Origin: Microcoleus sp.
GTDB lineage: Bacteria; Cyanobacteriota; Cyanobacteriia; Cyanobacteriales; Microcoleaceae
DNA: 64,000 nt
Assembly (NCBI GenBank): GCA_042408215.1
Contig: JAYFMW010000005.1
Span: 128,001 to 192,000 of the forward strand
Direction: 5' to 3'
Part shown: positions 62,896 through 64,000 of the stretch, one piece after another
How the letters are laid out: each line of letters begins with the position of its first letter
Numbering within the stretch: position 1 is the first letter of the stretch
Translations under genes and position numbers: made by a program
Notes under the pieces: generated by a model
The model's database searches: none
What the model was told of the DNA's origin: nothing
The model's input: only the letters and a program-made list of their open reading frames with translations

Positions 62896-62940
62896 AGTAT
62901 AATGAGGGAACATGATCAGCGTAAAAATTGCACAAAAATC

Positions 62941-63162
62941 ATGACTATCGATCTAGAGATTTTTCAAACAGTCGTCAAGATGCCAGAATCTCTCAAACAA
63001 GAGATCTTGCATTATGCAAAATATTTACTTGAGAAACACGCAAAAACTGAATCATCTCCAGAACAACTTGAACAACCTCATGGTTATGGTAGTTGGGCCG
63101 GTCAAATCGTTATGTCTGATGATTTCGATGAACCGCTGGAAGATTTAAAGGAATATATGTAA
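62941..63162 (+). CDS. DUF2281-type antitoxin
   Basis: EILHYAKYL, GSWAGQIVMSDDFDEPLEDLKEYM. Confidence 0.85.
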   Translation: MTIDLEIFQTVVKMPESLKQEILHYAKYLLEKHAKTESSPEQLEQPHGYGSWAGQIVMSDDFDEPLEDLKEYM

Positions 63163-63163
63163 C

Positions 63164-63544
63164 ATGGAATGCCTTTTAGATACTCATGCCTTTCTGTGGT
63201 ACTTGCTTGGCGATTCCAATCTAGGTAGTAAAGCAAAAGAAGCGATCGATACTAAAACAGGTTTGTATTTCAGTATTGCCAGCCTGTGGGAAATATCCAT
63301 TAAAATTAATGTCGGTAAGCTTCAACTGAATCGACCATTTGAAGATTTTCCGAAGGAATTGCAATACATTAACGCTCAAATTCTACCAATTACATTTGAA
63401 GACACTGAGATTTACACAAGTCTTCCCCTGCATCATCGAGATCCTTTCGATCGCATTTTGGTAGCACAGACGATGAATCATTCGCTGGTTTTGATTAGTC
63501 GTGATGAGGCTTTTGATGCTTATCCAATTCAGCGGGTGTGGTAA
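63164..63544 (+). CDS. vapC: VapC PIN-domain toxin
   Basis: LLDTHAFLW, SIASLWEI, HHRDPFDRILVAQ. Confidence 0.92.
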   Translation: MECLLDTHAFLWYLLGDSNLGSKAKEAIDTKTGLYFSIASLWEISIKINVGKLQLNRPFEDFPKELQYINAQILPITFEDTEIYTSLPLHHRDPFDRILVAQTMNHSLVLISRDEAFDAYPIQRVW

Positions 63545-63581
63545 TAAAGAAGGCAAACAGAACAATCCAATACAAACTGCA

Positions 63582-63854
63582 TTAAAACCTGCGTCCTTCT
63601 TCAATCATTTCACGGATTGAGCTTTGAGCCAAAGCAATTTCTTTCCGCAGTTGTAGCATTCTAGCAATTGCTGCTTGAATTGATTTTTTAGTAGTCACCT
63701 TTCCCCAAGCGTTATACTTCGGTTTAACTTCCTCAGATGGTAGATGCTGTACAACTACTACCACTTCAACAGAAGTATCTTTAAACTCAGCGGGCATTTG
63801 GAGAAGCAATATGCCATCTGTTCCAATATGCGATCGCAGTTTCATTGTTTCCAT
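63582..63854 (-). CDS. Second, protein-identical copy of the 61054-61326 antitoxin
   Basis: Identical translation; inside about 425-bp direct repeat (61031-61455 vs 63559-63983). Confidence 0.8.
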   Translation of the reverse strand: METMKLRSHIGTDGILLLQMPAEFKDTSVEVVVVVQHLPSEEVKPKYNAWGKVTTKKSIQAAIARMLQLRKEIALAQSSIREMIEEGRRF

Positions 63855-64000
63855 GCAAGACTCCAGAAACTTCGAGCAATTCTACTTTACCTCAAAGCTG
63901 TTCACCTTTACCAGTATCTTGACCGATCGCATAGGTGCTATTGAATGGTTGCGCGATCGCCCTTCACACCAAATACCAAACACTCCAATGATGGTAATGA

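Noticed and set aside
1..64000. tRNA, rRNA or integrase genes
   Set aside because: None recognised by eye; a covariance-model scan would be needed to exclude small RNAs

Overview
Chromosomal window from a filamentous cyanobacterium, inferred to be Microcoleus/Oscillatoriales-like from abundant HIP1 GCGATCGC, 7-bp STRR tracts and palindromic repeat families. Housekeeping genes (lysA, rimI, clpC, lepB, class A PBP, tyrS, pyrF, udg, xseAB, gmk, remA, prlC) are interspersed with four accessory blocks. (1) About 19 kb between rimI and clpC holds a 95/96-bp hairpin array, five paralogous PEP-CTERM-like surface genes, a lipase-RTX gene, a histidine-phosphatase/membrane/EF-hand fusion, a double-globin pentapeptide protein and a stand-alone sbnA-sbnB/EamA/formyltransferase cassette. 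(2) A methyltransferase plus Bpu10I-like restriction pair. (3) A 37-46.5 kb locus (vWA-like protein, membrane protein, sigma-like gene, DUF1822 protein, TPR-CHAT protease) in which four transcription units share an upstream TGCATAA-N15/16-CGA(C/T)A motif; this is the best candidate for an undescribed protease/anti-sigma/sigma signalling or defence system. (4) A toxin-antitoxin-rich end with a Panacea pair, NB-ARC protein, AHH nuclease, VapBC pairs and an IS200/IS605 tnpB element. Many single-base frameshifts, including one in xseA, suggest assembly indel errors, so pseudogene calls are uncertain. All protein calls are from motif recognition by eye; no database search was run.
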